From contig CAVNZM010000004.1 in assembly GCA_963693365.1 (NCBI GenBank), forward strand, positions 4,652,564 through 4,716,563: DNA of 64,000 bases. Direction: 5' to 3'. The notes below the pieces were generated by a model. It was not told the origin of the DNA. It did not search any database and was given only the letters and a program-made list of their open reading frames with translations. The stretch is from Amoebidium appalachense. Its lineage: Eukaryota > Protista > Ichthyosporea. Positions 28,479 through 55,113 of the stretch are shown here, in pieces (position 1 is the first letter of the stretch; each line of letters begins with the position of its first letter). A program made the position numbers and the translations under genes.

Positions 28479-30081
28479 GACTGACGATAGTATGGATTTC
28501 CTCGGGTTGGCTGGGGAGGAAAAGAGAATAAGCTTACACTATCGAAAAAAAAACGAGACCAAAATTCCTCAAGTGCCAGTCTACCGCCCCGCCAGTCACA
28601 GATACTATGCCCTCCCAACGAAAGTGTGTTTATTTCGATATCGTCTTTTCCATCAGAAAATATGATACCCCGATAAGGAATCGTATCACGGTTTGCATGG
28701 CAATCATCCCCTTTCGTAGCTGCCTTTGTTTTACTAACCTGGGGTTCAGCGACGAGATTATGCTTTTTAGGGAAACGACACGTGCGAAATAAGGCAGGGA
28801 TCACGTACACGTTCGTATGTGCGTGCAAAACTTACAGTTTTTCTTCTGGGGGGGGGGGGGGGGGGGGGGGGGGGAGGGGGGGGGGGGGAGGGGGGGAGGG
28901 GGGAGGGGAGGGAGGCATATAAGTGTGCAAAATCTATCATTTTTACATTTCTGTGCTCTGACCCTAACCGTCAATGATTGGTGGAAGAAGTTAGTAGTCG
29001 GGTTGCTGCCAATGGGCCTCGACTCGGTTTTCACGGTGGTTGTTTTCTTTCATTTGCTATGATTTATTCGAGCTACCAGGATTTGAAATCCAGAGGATGT
29101 CCTCACTTGGGAGCGTAGATTTTTTGTTGTTCTGAAGTTCTTCGAGATTTCAAACAAGGACATCTCTTCTTGAAAGGAGGAGATGAGGCCTAGGGATTTT
29201 TGGTGGGGTAGTAGCCAAGAGCCGGGCAGGAGAAAGAGAAAGTGATGATTGAGGGGAAGGAAAAGAGGGTGCACAGCTGTGGAGGGGGAGGGGAGGGGGG
29301 AGGAGGAAGAAAAGGGAGGGGCCCAGTGGGGGGATGATGGTTGGTGGTGTTTGGGGGGGGGGGGGGGGGGGGGGAGGTGGGGGGGAGGGGGCGGGGGGGG
29401 GGGGGGAGGTGGGGGGGGGAGGGGGGGGGGGGGGGGGGGGAGGGGGGGAGGGGGGGGGAGGGGGCGGGGGGGGGGGGAGGGGGGGGGGGAGGGGGAGGGG
29501 GGGAGGGGGCGGGGGGGGGGAGTGAGGGATTAGACGGAGGGTAGGGGAAGGTGCAGCGAGATCGATGGATGGGAGAACGGCTGTGGGAAAAAGTGCTGAA
29601 GAAGGCTGAAGGCATGGCAAAGGGACGAGAAGGGGGTCAGGAGGAACGGCGAACGTTGACGGATGAGTCAGTGTGGAAGCAGGAGGGCGAGCAAGGGTAA
29701 GAGGGGGGAGGGGGGGAGGGGACCCCAGTCGGCCAGGGGAGGGGGGGAGGGAGGGGGGAGTGCAGAGGGGGGGGGGGGGGGGGGGGGGGCGCTAATATAC
29801 TGGCTTCTATGGTCGCATGTCAAAGAATTCTGGGGAACTTTGTTGAAAGCAAAGGAAACCCTGACTAATCAGCATAGTAGCCACCGCTTGTGGGGTAGGT
29901 CATATCACAGAAGATAACTGTCATTACTTCAATTCACAAGAATACTTCAGTAAATGTTCAATAAGGTGGCGTGAGAGTGCTATTGGTGAAGGAAAATCTC
30001 CCTCTGTGTGTTCTTGGGTGTGGTTTCTTTCTATTTTCCAAAAGCTTCTTGTGCGAGACATGGATGATCCTGGGGAGGCCC

Positions 30082-30139
<58 letters not shown>

Positions 30140-30834
30140 AGCTTAGGCGGTCAAGAAAACGTCGACCATGGGGTGGCACCATTACGAAGCGGAAAACAGT
30201 TAAAACCGGTTATGTATGAAGGGTAAGAAAAAGGATGCATATAAAAGGGGGGCATAAGGAGGGAGGAGGGAGGGGGCAACTTGGAGAGGGAGGGGAGAAA
30301 GGGCAGGGGGGGGGGGAGGGGGGGGGAGGGGGGGAGGGGGGAGGGGGAGAAGGGGGGGGGGGGGGAGGGGGGGGGTCCATGAAAAAGGAATCCTTGATGC
30401 ATGAACCTTCTGTAGTATCGTTTGTAATTGACATACCGATATTTTAGCAGCAGTCCATGTATGCACAGGTCAAAAGCAAGGCATTACTCATGGTGTAAAG
30501 GCTCGGCTCGAGCCTCGTACATATGTGGCAAGTTTCCGGGAACGTCTCGGCTACTTTGAGAGATAGCCGGTACTATATACAACTAAATAGAAAGCATTAA
30601 TACACAAATGATGTTACTGATACAAAACAGACAACTTTCAAGAGAGCTGATGTCAGGTACCTACACTTCGGCTTTGGCGCTTTGCCTTATTACATTATCA
30701 AGCACCGATAAATTCGTTCCACAAACTGTCTTCGCGTGATTTCTAAGTTGCCCCATCGGGCCCGTCCAGCCTGCATTTCTTAACAAGAAGTTTGCCAAGT
30801 TAATTTCGAGAGAACGTTGGAATGCATTCCACCG

Positions 30835-31989
30835 TTACTCATCATCCTCTTCATTATAGTCGTCCTCCGTAGCACCAGTATCTACCTCTGCAGCCCCTTT
30901 ACCAGCCTCATCTACTGCAGCCTCAGCCTCCCCCTCATCGGATGCAGGCTTGTCGTTACCGTCCTCGACCTCGAAGAGAAAATCTCCGGTCACCATGTCT
31001 TCCCCTTCCTCTTCGCTCATGCTGTCCAGGTCTACGTCGTCCTCCATTTTCTCAAGGCTCTCCCCTTCTTCATTTATGTCGATGCTAACGTCGTCTGCAT
31101 CGATCTCCTCCATCCGTGAGTTTTCCTGTCCCCTTTCGTTGGCTCTAGCCTCCTCGTTTTCGCTTGTATTTCTAGATGCATCGCTTTCACGATTCTCCTC
31201 TGAATCTCCCTCCGGATCGGCAGCGACACTGTCATATCCTACAACCTGCCCCTGTGCATCCTCTCCGTTTTCGTCTCTCTCTGTTTCCTCCTGCCTCTGT
31301 TGGTGACTCATGACCTCATCCTCGTCTGCCTCCGGATCGAGGCGCTCGTTGTTTGAGTTCGTCTGGTGCTCGCCGTCTTCCTCGTCTATCTCGTCTGCGG
31401 CAAAGCCGTTGTTTGCATCCAGGATGACATTATCGTTGTGGGCGATCGCTTGAGCAACCCCTCGAGCCGGAAGAATAGGAGGAACGTCTTCTTCCTCATC
31501 CTGTTGAAAGAATTATAACAATAAGTAATGTGCTGTGCGGATCACTGTCCATGCGTGTTTGAAAACCACGATTCCAGTTGCTTGCTTATCATTCCTGTAG
31601 TTTCCACACAAACCAACTTCCATACCGTTGCCTCAACCATTTTCAGCTGCGTGTGTGTGCCTCTAAGCATGGCTTGGATTGTTGGGATATGGCTTTTTTG
31701 AATCACGGGAAGGTTTGATGTCCAGTTTTGGGACCACCAAGAAGCCTAATAAACGGCCTTGTGGGGTGTGCGAAGGAGAGCTACCCACCTCATCCATAAC
31801 AGCACCATCCTCGTCATCGTCAGCACCGAAACGGCGGAATCTTTTGCGCGCTCTAAAACCAGTAACCATGTCACTCTTTTCAAGCTGGCTCATGCGTTCA
31901 AGCGCGTTGACTTGAGGCACCGGCACCCCGTGAGTGGGGTGCAGAGCGAGGAAGGCTGCCAAAACAGCCAGCAGAATGGTGCGCGTCAT
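30835..31989 (-). CDS. Secreted, highly acidic (Asp/Glu-rich) protein with polybasic processing motif (~288 aa), unknown function
   Basis: Exon 1 (31789-31989) encodes MTRTILLAVLAAFLALHPTHG-VP...RARKRFRRFGADDDED with donor GTGGGT. Exon 2 (30835-31500) follows the acceptor TTTCAACAG. Phase 0 join, open to TAA, no microsatellite content. Confidence 0.8.
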
Positions 31990-33590
31990 GTTCAGGGCAG
32001 ATGTTTGCAAACACAATATAGCTGACCTATCTTCCTTTGCCGCGAAAAGAACTGTTTTTCTGAGCTAATGAATGCTGTCCGAACACCGGTGCACCCGTTT
32101 TCAATGCGAGGCACTTCAGACTTTGTCTGGCTATGCACTATGACGACTGGAACATGCATATGTATATGAGAAAAAGCCGTGTCGCTGCGTTGGCCCGGGA
32201 GGCTTGAGTTTTTGAGAGAGATCTGGGACCATGACGTTGCAGTTACATGATTGGCGGTAACTACATAAGTCAATATGCCCCGTGATAAATATCCAATCTT
32301 CACGTACGTATGTCTTAGCATTGCGAAAAGTTAGAAATACACAGTCTCTTGTCTCAAAAAGTATTTATTACTTTGAAAAAATTATGTCTTTAATAATAAT
32401 CTACGGTTTGTAAATAGAGCGGCACTTTTTGGGCTATTTGTGAGGTTAAACCGACATCACAGTTTTGAATCTATGAGATTGGTAACCAATCGTAACCTCG
32501 TTAGTTATCGTACAATTAGCCGATAGCGTGTCCGATAACGCAACAGGCTTCGAAAGTGAGCACCTTTTTTTTGTTGTGACTGCCGCAACGGCTGCCCGCA
32601 AGGGATCTCGCAAGGGATCCACCGCCTCGAGAAGGGTTCACATACCCACCCTAGGCGATGTGTAAATTACTAAATTAGCGTAATAAGATGGGTTCTTCTG
32701 CTCTTTTTTGTCAAGCAGTTAGCAGTGCATGCGCACCTCAACAGTACACGCGTATATACGGAACCGCATTCGAACGTGAAACGATGGCTCCCACGTGAAA
32801 AAGTTTACGTCTTCAGAGCCAATAGACATTGATATCTAATGTGCACGAGCTGATATACAAGGAGCATCCCTTTTTGCCACACGTGTGAGTCTCTTCGGCT
32901 TGCTGCACGTCGTTAACACGAAGACAAAAATTGAAGAGTACTTTATGGAGTGCTGCATATCTGTGCAGCTGTGTATATGTAAATCAATGCGAGCAGCACA
33001 TGTAGAGAGGACATGTGGCCGAGCCTCTGCAACTGTGGCCGTTGCCCATTATTTCTCGACCATGGCCCAAAACGCCCTGCTCCAAAAACCACGTGCCGTG
33101 ATTACGTAGGGGCCCCCCCGGCAGATTCGGCCTTCGTAATAGGGAAATAACAGATCCATGCCTGTGCTATGTAAAATTTGATTTCATTCAGTGCACACTT
33201 TTTGGATCATAGTTGGTGCTGAAGTTCATGATCAGTTGCAAAGGAAAACTTGGAGCGTTTCATGAATTGGTGGAAAGACGGAGGTAGTAATGAAATGAAA
33301 AAACGCTCGTATACGTAGCGGAGTTCTTGTAATACAAAAGCGTGCTGAATAAGTTCCATGTGACTTGTACCTCTAAAACAACCCTGCTTCGAATTCATTT
33401 TGTCTGGCATTCCAAGACGGAGTCAAGCAACCAGGAATCCAAGAGGAAAACAGCACAAGTCCCCGCTGGGTATCGAAGGTGAGAAAAGTGTGTGACCGTG
33501 TTCACTATGTGCGGCACATACACCACATGGGTCGAACCAACATGCCCGGCATTTGTGGCAAGCATACAAGGCAGGCACAGATTAGTGCAC

Positions 33591-33672
<82 letters not shown>

Positions 33673-34031
33673 CCCCTCCCCCCCCCCCCCCACACACACA
33701 CACACACACACATGACAACACACAAGCACACACACATACAAAGACAGAGAGCAAGAGACAGAGACACACAGAGAGAAAGTGACATGGGAAGGGGGTAGAC
33801 AGAAGCAGAGAGAGAGACCGAACAAGAAGGAGGTGGAGGTGGGGGTGGGCGGGAGAGGAAAAGGGAGGAAGGGGGAGAGATACAAAAGCGCATGCACATG
33901 GGCGGGTGGGGAACTGGAACACACAGGGGAACATGTTTTTTTTTAAGGTGACTGCAGTGAAACGTGCACTCACACACAAAACCGTTGTACCCATGACACA
34001 GTCACGCATCAGCTTGAAACAAATTACTATA

Positions 34032-34064
<33 letters not shown>

Positions 34065-34165
34065 CGCACACACACACACACACACAAACACACAATTTCA
34101 CACACACACACACAACCTGACAGTGTGGCACACTTAAGAAGAACACACAGACGTACACACACACA

Positions 34166-34219
<54 letters not shown>

Positions 34220-34692
34220 TACATGTGTGCGAGCGCACACACCGCACGGGGGCATTGCGTCACCAATCAAGCTCCCCACCATCATACGCATGTATACACA
34301 CAGGTTTGCACGCACACATATAGAGTCTCGTAAATGCAATACACATTCACGCATGCTCACACAGCACACTCGGGCACAAGCACACTCAGCCTGCAAGCAC
34401 ACCTTCACATGCACGAGAACACACCTCTATGACAAGGAAATGCGTACATTCACACGCACATATTTTGAAACCAAGCGCACACACACCCACACATACCATC
34501 GGTAACCATTGCACGCACAAGCCTTTCCCGTGTATTGGTGGCTAATTTTGGACCCGATGGTGGCCGGAGATGTATGTTGACATGCACAAGCACCCACACT
34601 AGCAGTGATATGTACGGTGTACTTTCAGCCATGCATGGAAAACTCAGTGATTCAGGTGCTCCAGACTTATCAGGCATCATGTATATATACAG

Positions 34693-46800
<12,108 letters not shown>

Positions 46801-47138
46801 TTTATTTGGTCATGTTTACAGCATTCATTCATTCAAAATATTCTGTCTACTTTCTGTCACCCTTGCCTTCATAATCTACACATAATAAATGGAATTAGGA
46901 ATGATATGTTTTGGGTGGGGCTGCTTTTCTATAGACCTTCTGGGAGGGATTATATAGTTCACTAATTTCAAATAGAGATGACTGGAGTAACAGATACGAT
47001 TATTCACACAATTCTAACCTAAATCTTACAATAATTCATATTGCCCTACGTATAAAACATTAATATATCTACTACATAGCGCAAACAATGAACAATCGCA
47101 CAGGATATGACCTAAAATACACGTGCATACCTATCTAC

Positions 47139-47793
47139 CTAATCGCCCAATCGGAACGACTTATGCCCTTTAAAATCCTGCATCTTTACCGACACTCGGC
47201 TCTCGTCCCCAGCCGGAGGCTCCCAGCACACAGCAATAGCTTTCGGTTTCGTTTCTTCTTCCTGCAAACAAAACACGGAAGCGAAAATGTCAAATTAGTG
47301 CCCCCTCCCCCCCCCCCCCCCCCCCCCCAACACACACACACATGCGCACACCCACCAGAGACAATAACCCACCCACCCACTCGTCCCTTTCCCACTGGCC
47401 AACTTTTGTGATGTTAGGAAAATATCGAAGGAAAGCAAAGAGAACAGCTAACGGAATGACGACATGAATAAACACGAGGAAAGGAGATGGTGGTGGTGGA
47501 AGCAGGGGGTAGATGAGCGGGGGGGGGGGGGGGGGGGGGGGGGGGGTTTTGAATGCGTCAAAAAGTACGAAGTACACAAGAACAAACGGATAACACGATG
47601 CAGAATGCAAGCCATACATGGGGGGGGAGGGGAGGGGGTTGTTAAGGAAGGAATCAACAAGGGGGTGCTTCCAAAGGGCACGGGGAAGTTGAGGCACAAG
47701 AGTAAAAAATACACATTCATACGAATAACAATGTATTTTTGTGGTTTTTATTTTTTCTTTCTTTCTTCTTCTTTTTTTTTTTTTTTTTTTTGT

Positions 47794-47831
<38 letters not shown>

Positions 47832-48188
47832 TGGGGGGGGACAGTGACATGTGCACGCTAGGCAGAAGCGTGGCGTGCGAGCCAAGGAGGCCCGGGAAGG
47901 GGGGTGGGGGGTGGAGGAGGGGTTGAAAGTGTTAAAGAGTGAGCAATGCATATTATGATGGACATTACAAATGAAAACTTGGAAATGCACACACAAGAGT
48001 ATGAACCATAAGCAGAACCCATCCTCTGCGAGCCAAGTCTTCCAAAGTCCCCAAGCTTTTGTCCAATCACCTCGTATGCCAAACCCAACTCACCAGCTCA
48101 CCTACCGCCGTGGGCAGCGTGAGACAGAGAGAGTGAGGGGGAAACAAGGACAATGACATGTGCACTTCACGTTGCCGCAGCCAGTAAG

Positions 48189-48223
<35 letters not shown>

Positions 48224-48515
48224 TTCCCCCCCCCCCCCCAAAAAAAAACAAACAAAAAAAAAACATACTTCTACTCCACCCTTCCCCTTCCTCCCCTTCG
48301 GTGGCAAAACAATCACGAAAAACAAAAACAAAAACCCGTTTCCAGCCCATTTGCGCCACATCATCCAATAATCCTCTCCCCATTCTACATATTAACGAGT
48401 GAACCCCTCCTCCCCTTCCCCTTCTCAACTACACCCCTCAAAGCCAACACACACCCTATTCAGAGCATTCAGGCAACGACGGATATTTACAAAACCATAA
48501 AGGAGAGCTACCCCC

Positions 48516-48546
<31 letters not shown>

Positions 48547-50003
48547 AAAAAAAAAAAAAAGGAAAGGAAAGAATTAAGACATAACACCGTCACCACCAAA
48601 CCCCAGCATGGCCGAGCAAACACAAGCAAAAAGACGCAGTGTGTGTTTCACATGTTGCGTTGTACATACCTCCAAAATCTGCACTTCGTGAAATTGCACG
48701 GGGCCCCAGCTCACACTCTGCAAATCATAACTGAAGTCAGAAAAATGCCTCGTTGGTTTAGGCTCACTGCATGAAAAAGCGTATTTTTCTTTTTCTTTTT
48801 TTTTTAAAGAAAAAAACGAAGAAAAGACAAGAAAATATGGACTTAACATCAAGGGGCACCCGAATTCCACATTTGTCAATCTGTTATGTCTCCGCATACA
48901 GTATGAAAGTTGTTACTTTTAGAGTACCACATGCCAACACCGTCTACAGGTATCTACAGGTACTAAATGTTTGGGGGATGGGCAGCATCAGAGAGGCGGA
49001 TAAAAAGAAAAGAAAATCCATGCAAATTGAAACGACGTGGAATACATGTTCAACTGCAGCAGGCGCGTGAGACACAGAGACAACGCCGTTGCTACCCTAC
49101 GGTATAACGAATAAAATCCCTCTCCACATATACATCTCTCTCTTTAAATGGTGTGTAAAGCTCTAGACAGGGAAAGGCAAGCCGGGGGGGTTGGAGGGAG
49201 AGGAGGGGGAGGGGGAGGGGGCAGGACCTGGGGGGAAGTCCGTAAGGGGTTTTTTTTTTGCAGTAGTGTGGGCACGTGGAAGGGGAAGGAGGTACGAGGT
49301 GGGGCAGTGCGTGTTTGTTGATCGGAGGTAAACAGACCGGGGGAGGGGGGGGGGGGGGAGGGGGGGGCTTAGGAGAGGAATGCCCAGTGGGTAGCAGCGG
49401 CCTGGGGAGAGGGTTGGGGAATGAGGGGGTGCGCCAAGGGGGGACTGGCCAATGGGGTGGGTGGGTGTGGGGGAGGGAGGGAAGGTTGGGGGACGGAGTG
49501 AAGGGGGGGGGCTGTAATGCTGTGAAGTGCGACGATCAGAGATAATAAACGCGAAAAAAGGGAGCAGGGAGAGAACCCCGGGGGGGGGGGGGGGGGAAGG
49601 GAGGGGGGGGGGGGGGGGGGATACGGGGGAGAAGATTGTCAGTGGTGTTGATTGCAAATAGAATTCATGAAATTAGTCAGAAGGCATCCTCAGGCATGCA
49701 GCAAAAGCATAATTTATGTGTAGCGCAAATAAGGTTGAGAGAGAGGCTCACCTTCGGAATGCTTGGCTTCTGCTCCTGCGCATGCAACAGCAGGTCATGG
49801 AAGGAGCTAGCTCTCATTGCTGAGCGCTTGGGCTTCCTTGCAGTACTTGGCGAATTTAGATCATCCCCCAAGTGTGATTGTCGACCGTCATGAGGCTGCT
49901 CAAGTTGTTCAAGGGGTTTGTTCTCTTCACGTGCACTAGTGTTTGAAATGTCTTGTTGTTTTATAGGCTCAAGGTGAATTGAAACTTCATTATCGGTTGC
50001 CAT
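47139..50003 (-). CDS. Small hydrophilic hypothetical protein (~124 aa, 2 or more exons)
   Basis: Exon 49752-50003 (MATDNEVSIHLEPIK...KPSIPK, donor GTGAGC) joins in phase 0 to exon 47139-47261 (EEETKPKAIAVCWEPPAGDESRVSVKMQDFKGHKSFRLGD*). No recognised domain; additional internal exons are possible. Confidence 0.5.
47545..47620 (-). repeat. Dispersed poly-C-associated intronic repeat, minus-strand copy
   Basis: The reverse complement is near-identical to 54173-54245 (ATGTATGGCTTGCATTCTGCATCGTGTTATCCGTTTGTTCTTGT...GACGCATTCAAA). Confidence 0.85.
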
Positions 50004-51326
50004 CCTGTATTTGTAGCTCCAAAAAATAACAGAACTTCGCTCTGTTTACTGTTCGATGTCCAAACAGCTCACTATAATCCCTACACTTTAAAACATGCTT
50101 TATGTGGTTTAACCTTGAAAAATCTCTTGAATGGTGTGTATGAAATATCCTTTCACTTACGTTACTATGCATATGGTGACATAGCCGTAATGTTTAACTT
50201 GTGTGCTGAACCTTGGACACACAACACATGAAGCTCGTAAACTGGAATGCTGTTTTTTTTTCCCGCCCCACCAGCCTGCCAGTCCGCGGAATCATCTTTT
50301 GTTGACTTCAGGAGTCCAGGGTTAGAAAACTGTAAGCAAAATCTAAATAACCATATATAGTGTACTGATGATTTCTATAATTGGTGAGCCACGCACCACA
50401 TGACGTAAGACCGGAAGACCAGCAGCACCAGCCAGCTGCCTTATTACTCTTAAGATATGATGAATGCCTGCATGCATGCTGAACCGGTCGTTGAAATATA
50501 AAGTTGACAATATGCAACTTGAGCCAAGGCTAGTTTCATTCGTGTATAAATGCATATACTGTAACTACATGCTTGCTACATGCATGTGCGTATTGGTGTG
50601 GCACTGCCATCAGGATAATGGCGGGGTGTTTTGATTGGCTGTTCAATCATCCAGAATTCCAGATTCAAAATTTCAAATTCGATTTGGTGGATCTATTGTT
50701 AACCCCAGCTCAATCACGATCTGCCGGCGGGTAGGCCGCAAGATCGTGCCCGATTTGTAGCAATCGTTTGATCCGTTTCCCTTTTCTGTTTTTCATGATC
50801 AAAAATTTTTAACCAGGAAAGAAATTAAGAGCGCAGCCAATGAAATGAATCATTGCGTCATCTCTTGCCAAATATCTTCGGTGGTTATTCTTCGGCGACC
50901 ACAGCGTTATTTGGGGTTATGTTGAACAGTGGTGCGTACCGTGACGTCCGTGACACGCGCGCGCGCGACTCAGCCCGCAGGCTTTTGAACCGTGACGGCC
51001 CTCTGAAAAAAAGGTGCTTTTGAAGGGCGCAGAGAAAATTTGAGAAGAGACGGTCTGAAAAGCATCTTTTCAAAGAATCGCTATACTAATTTGTTCACTG
51101 GTTCTGAAAGGTTACAGTCAACAGTCATTTGATTGAACCACCTTCGAACAACTAGAGTTGCTGTGTCGTTGTAACATCTTTTGTTTGCTCAAGCAAATAG
51201 GAGGGTTTGTGAGAAGCCCAAACGAGCGTAGGGAGAGGAAAAAGATAGTCAAGTGCCATAAAAAGGTCGGTGTTCCAGAGCTTACGGCGAGGGCGCTGAG
51301 TGCGTCGTTCAGACAGACCGAAAAAC

Positions 51327-52315
51327 ATGTCGAATTCTCCTTATGACGACGACGTAAGTTTATGCCCTCTAGGCACTTCCCCAGTTCTGTGTGCTTGTGG
51401 TGGGAGAAGCGATTATTGTTTTAGAGTGTCCCAGCGTAAAAGGGAGGATAGACCGGGGGGATGGAAATAAGGGTTGAAAGATGTTGGAAAAAACGATTGG
51501 ATGTGGCAAGTTGTTTTCTGGGAGGGAAGGGGGAGCAAAGATGGAATGCTGTTTGACCAAAGAAGCACTGCCAAACAATCTTAGCAAGAATCACTTACTA
51601 CCTTTCGGCAAGATCCCACGACGTTTGTATGTAGCTTCTTAGGAGTACAAGTGTTGCTGCTTGAAATACAACTCACACCAGCTACATGCCGTGCGCAGGT
51701 GCTCTCTCTATGGTCTTTTTTTTTTCCATGTGCATTAGGAAGGCCCTCTCACTGGATTCTGCTCTTCAATCCTGAGCTCTACTTGGCTACACAGCACCCT
51801 AGCAGTAAAGAAATTACAGTGCCGCATGGGTATTTATACACACGGTGGTAGTTATCGTAACAAACCACGTTTTATGTTTCTGTGGCCGTAGTTCACGTTT
51901 TATGTTTCTGTGGCCGTAGCTAACCGGTAAACAAAAATACAGAGATTCAGCTTCAAGTCTGGGACCGACTCTCTTGCAGACCTCATGCAAGTCCCAGAGA
52001 AGATCGTTCTGTCGGGCAAGACGGATCCTGAAAGCAATGTTTCACCTTCCCTTGCAGGTACTTATGGTGTGGTGACCTTTGTCTGTATGTTCTTGTTGTT
52101 ATAAACATGGTACACCCCGTCTTGTCTTACGACTGCGCTTCTCACCCTGGATTTTGCTGCCTAAAAGAAAATGCTGCAACAAACTCTCGACACCAAACAC
52201 GAAGTTGATGCTTCCTGGAAGGCAACTGGGCTTATGGTGACTGCGCACGAGAGCACATTTGTGTCTCGGATTCTTCTTTCCTTCCTAACCCATAATCTCC
52301 TCCCTCCTATCACCT

Positions 52316-52355
<40 letters not shown>

Positions 52356-52534
52356 CTCTCCCTCTTCCATCACATGCTGCATGCCCACTCAGCCGCCCGC
52401 CAGGGGCAACCCCTCACACATACGAAAAGGCCGACTTTGTGTGACCCCGTGGCCTCTGTTTTGAACCCCCCCCCCCCCCCGCCCCGTGTGGATAACTTTT
52501 TGCCTCCTCCTCTCTCTCTCTCTCTCTCCCCCCC

Positions 52535-52577
<43 letters not shown>

Positions 52578-54415
52578 CCCCCCCCCCCCCCCCCCCTCCC
52601 CCCCCCTTCCTCCCAACCGAGAATGGGCTCTGCTCATGGTGCATACTCTATGTGTGCCATGCAGTCTGCATGGTGTTGTCCTCCTGAATGTGTACTTCGT
52701 TTTCTGGGGCACACTCTAACCCCCTCCCCCCGTGAAGGTGGGCTCTACTTATAATGTATACTGCTTGTGTGTGTTGTGCAACGCCTGCATTATGTTGTCT
52801 GCCGTCAAGTGTGTGCTCCTTCTTCTTCCCTCCTCCTTGCCCCCCCTCCCCCCCCCCCTCCCCCTCCACCCCCCCCAACCCCCCATCCACCCACCCACCC
52901 TTCACCTCCCCTCCCAACCCACCTGAACGCTAGAGTACATTGTCCAAGATCATAGTGAACAGACGTGCTACGCTTGATAAAAAGACCGACACCTCGATTG
53001 TAAGAAAAATGGCACACACATTATTCTCTTCTCATGTTTTGTTTTGTGGAAATCCGCCCACAGCACCACCACCAAGGCAAACGGGGAGGCTGCAGCCAAG
53101 CAAGCAGCCGAGACCAGCGGCAGCCAGCCAGCAACTGGAAAAGCTGAAGGCGGAGGTAGGTGTGCATGTGTGTGTGTGTGTGTGTGCGCGCACGCGCCCG
53201 CGTGTGTGCGCGCACGCGCCCGCGTGTGTGCGGGTGCGTGGGGGATGGGGCGGAGAGCGGGGACATGGGAGTGGAGGGGGGGGGGGGGGGGGGGGGGGGA
53301 GTGTATGTGTGTGCAGCGTGCCGACATGTTTGTGCGTACAGGCATACACGTGTGGTGGTGCTGGTGCTGCTGGTGGTAGTGCGGCTGTGGGGATAGTGGA
53401 AGGAAGCATTTTGGGGACTTGCACGGGACGTGATACAAGAGCGCAAAAGTTCGTCTCATGCCGCCAAAGCTTTGCCACGTGACGAGGTCATCTTTTTTAT
53501 TAGTCCTTGGAAGAAACGCAGTTCATAACTGCAACCTGATTTGCTTTGCGAGATGCGAGGCTGGAACGTACAGTTTTTTTTTGGGGATGGGGATCAATCG
53601 CCCCCCCCCCCCCCCCCCCCCCCCCCTCGTGTATGTGTACTTCGTACCGTATTCCGCATTCAACCCCCCCCCCCCCCCGGGGGGGGGGTAGGAGAGGACT
53701 GGGGAGGGGGGAAGGGGGAGAGAGCGGAGAACGGGAGAGGGGGGAGAGGGATGTGGTGGTGTGGTGGTGGGTGGGTGGGTGGTGGTGGTGGTGGGGGGGG
53801 GGGGGGGGAAGAGGATTCGAATAAGACGACAGAAGAAAAGGGAAACAACACATCTTGGTTTGTCGTTTTCTCATTTCCTGCTTTTTTACCGTACTAAGCA
53901 CACTGTTGGTGTACCGTCAGATTGCGCTGCTCAGAGATGAGGTTGCGGTGCTCCGGCGCCGTGCGGAGAAGCGAAACTGGGGCCTGGTATTTGTGCAGCT
54001 GCTGGTTGGTGTGTACGTTGCTAGAAAGGTCTGGAAGAACTTCTTGCAGGTAGGGTGCTCCAGCCCGTTGTTTTTGTTCCCCCCCCCCCCCCCCCCCCCC
54101 CCCGAAACTCGGGTACTGTGGATGACGTGGGCCCCCCCTGAGGATGGGCTCTGCTTATTATGCATACTCTTTATGTATGGCTTGCATTCTGCATCGTGTT
54201 ATCCGTTTGTTCTTGTATACTTCGTACTTTTTGACGCATTCAAACCCCCCCCCCCCCCCCCCCCCCCCCGGCTTCTCGGTTTATCATGCATACTCCTTAT
54301 GTGTGGTTTGCAGTGTGCATTGTGTTGTCCGTTACAAATGTGCACTTCGTACTAGTCTGTTTTGTGTTGCCTGTCGTGAATGTGTGCTTGGTACCCCGTT
54401 CCGGATCCCCCCCCC

Positions 54416-54452
<37 letters not shown>

Positions 54453-55082
54453 CCCTCCCTCCCTCTCCCCCCACCCCCGTCCCGCCATGCTACGTTCTCC
54501 ACTTCGATTTTCTTACTACCATACACACCTTTTTGTGGATCCTGGCCTGGCAGCTACACATTGTCGAACACTGCACATATGGCTGATTTTCAGGGTACTG
54601 CTTTTTCATGTATTCTTTCCTCTTGTTTTCTTCTTCTCTTCATTCTTTTTTCTTTTCTTTTTTCTTTCCCCTTTTTTCTTTTTCTTTTTTCTTTTTTCTT
54701 TCTTTCTTTCTTTCTATTTTGTTTTTTTTTCTTTCTTTCTTTTTTTTTTTTGGGAGGGGGGGATATGCCTCACGCTACATACATTTTGGGTATCACGTAG
54801 CTTTTTGTGAACACTCTATGCCTGCACTTCCTACTGTGGTACTGTACTGCATACTTATCTGAGGTGGGAAGGGGTGGTGGGTGGGGTGCCTGGATGGTTT
54901 TGATATTAGGGTTTACTAATGGGGGCGTGGCTGTGTATGTGTGTGTGTGTGTGTGTGTGCGCGCGCGCGCGCGTGCGTGTGCGTGTGCATGTGCGTGTGT
55001 TGGGGGGGAAGGGGGAGGTGGGGTGGGGGGAGGGAGGGGAGGGGGAGGGGGGAGGAGGGAGGGAGGGTGGTGGTGGTGGTGT

Positions 55083-55113
<31 letters not shown>

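Noticed and set aside
51866-51919. Two tandem copies of CACGTTTTATGTTTCTGTGGCCGTAG in an intron
   Set aside because: This is a simple local slippage duplication with no evident function.
52168-52236. Possible extra exon in the Mff-like gene
   Set aside because: No reading phase is compatible with both flanking exons without a stop or frameshift; the model is open without it.
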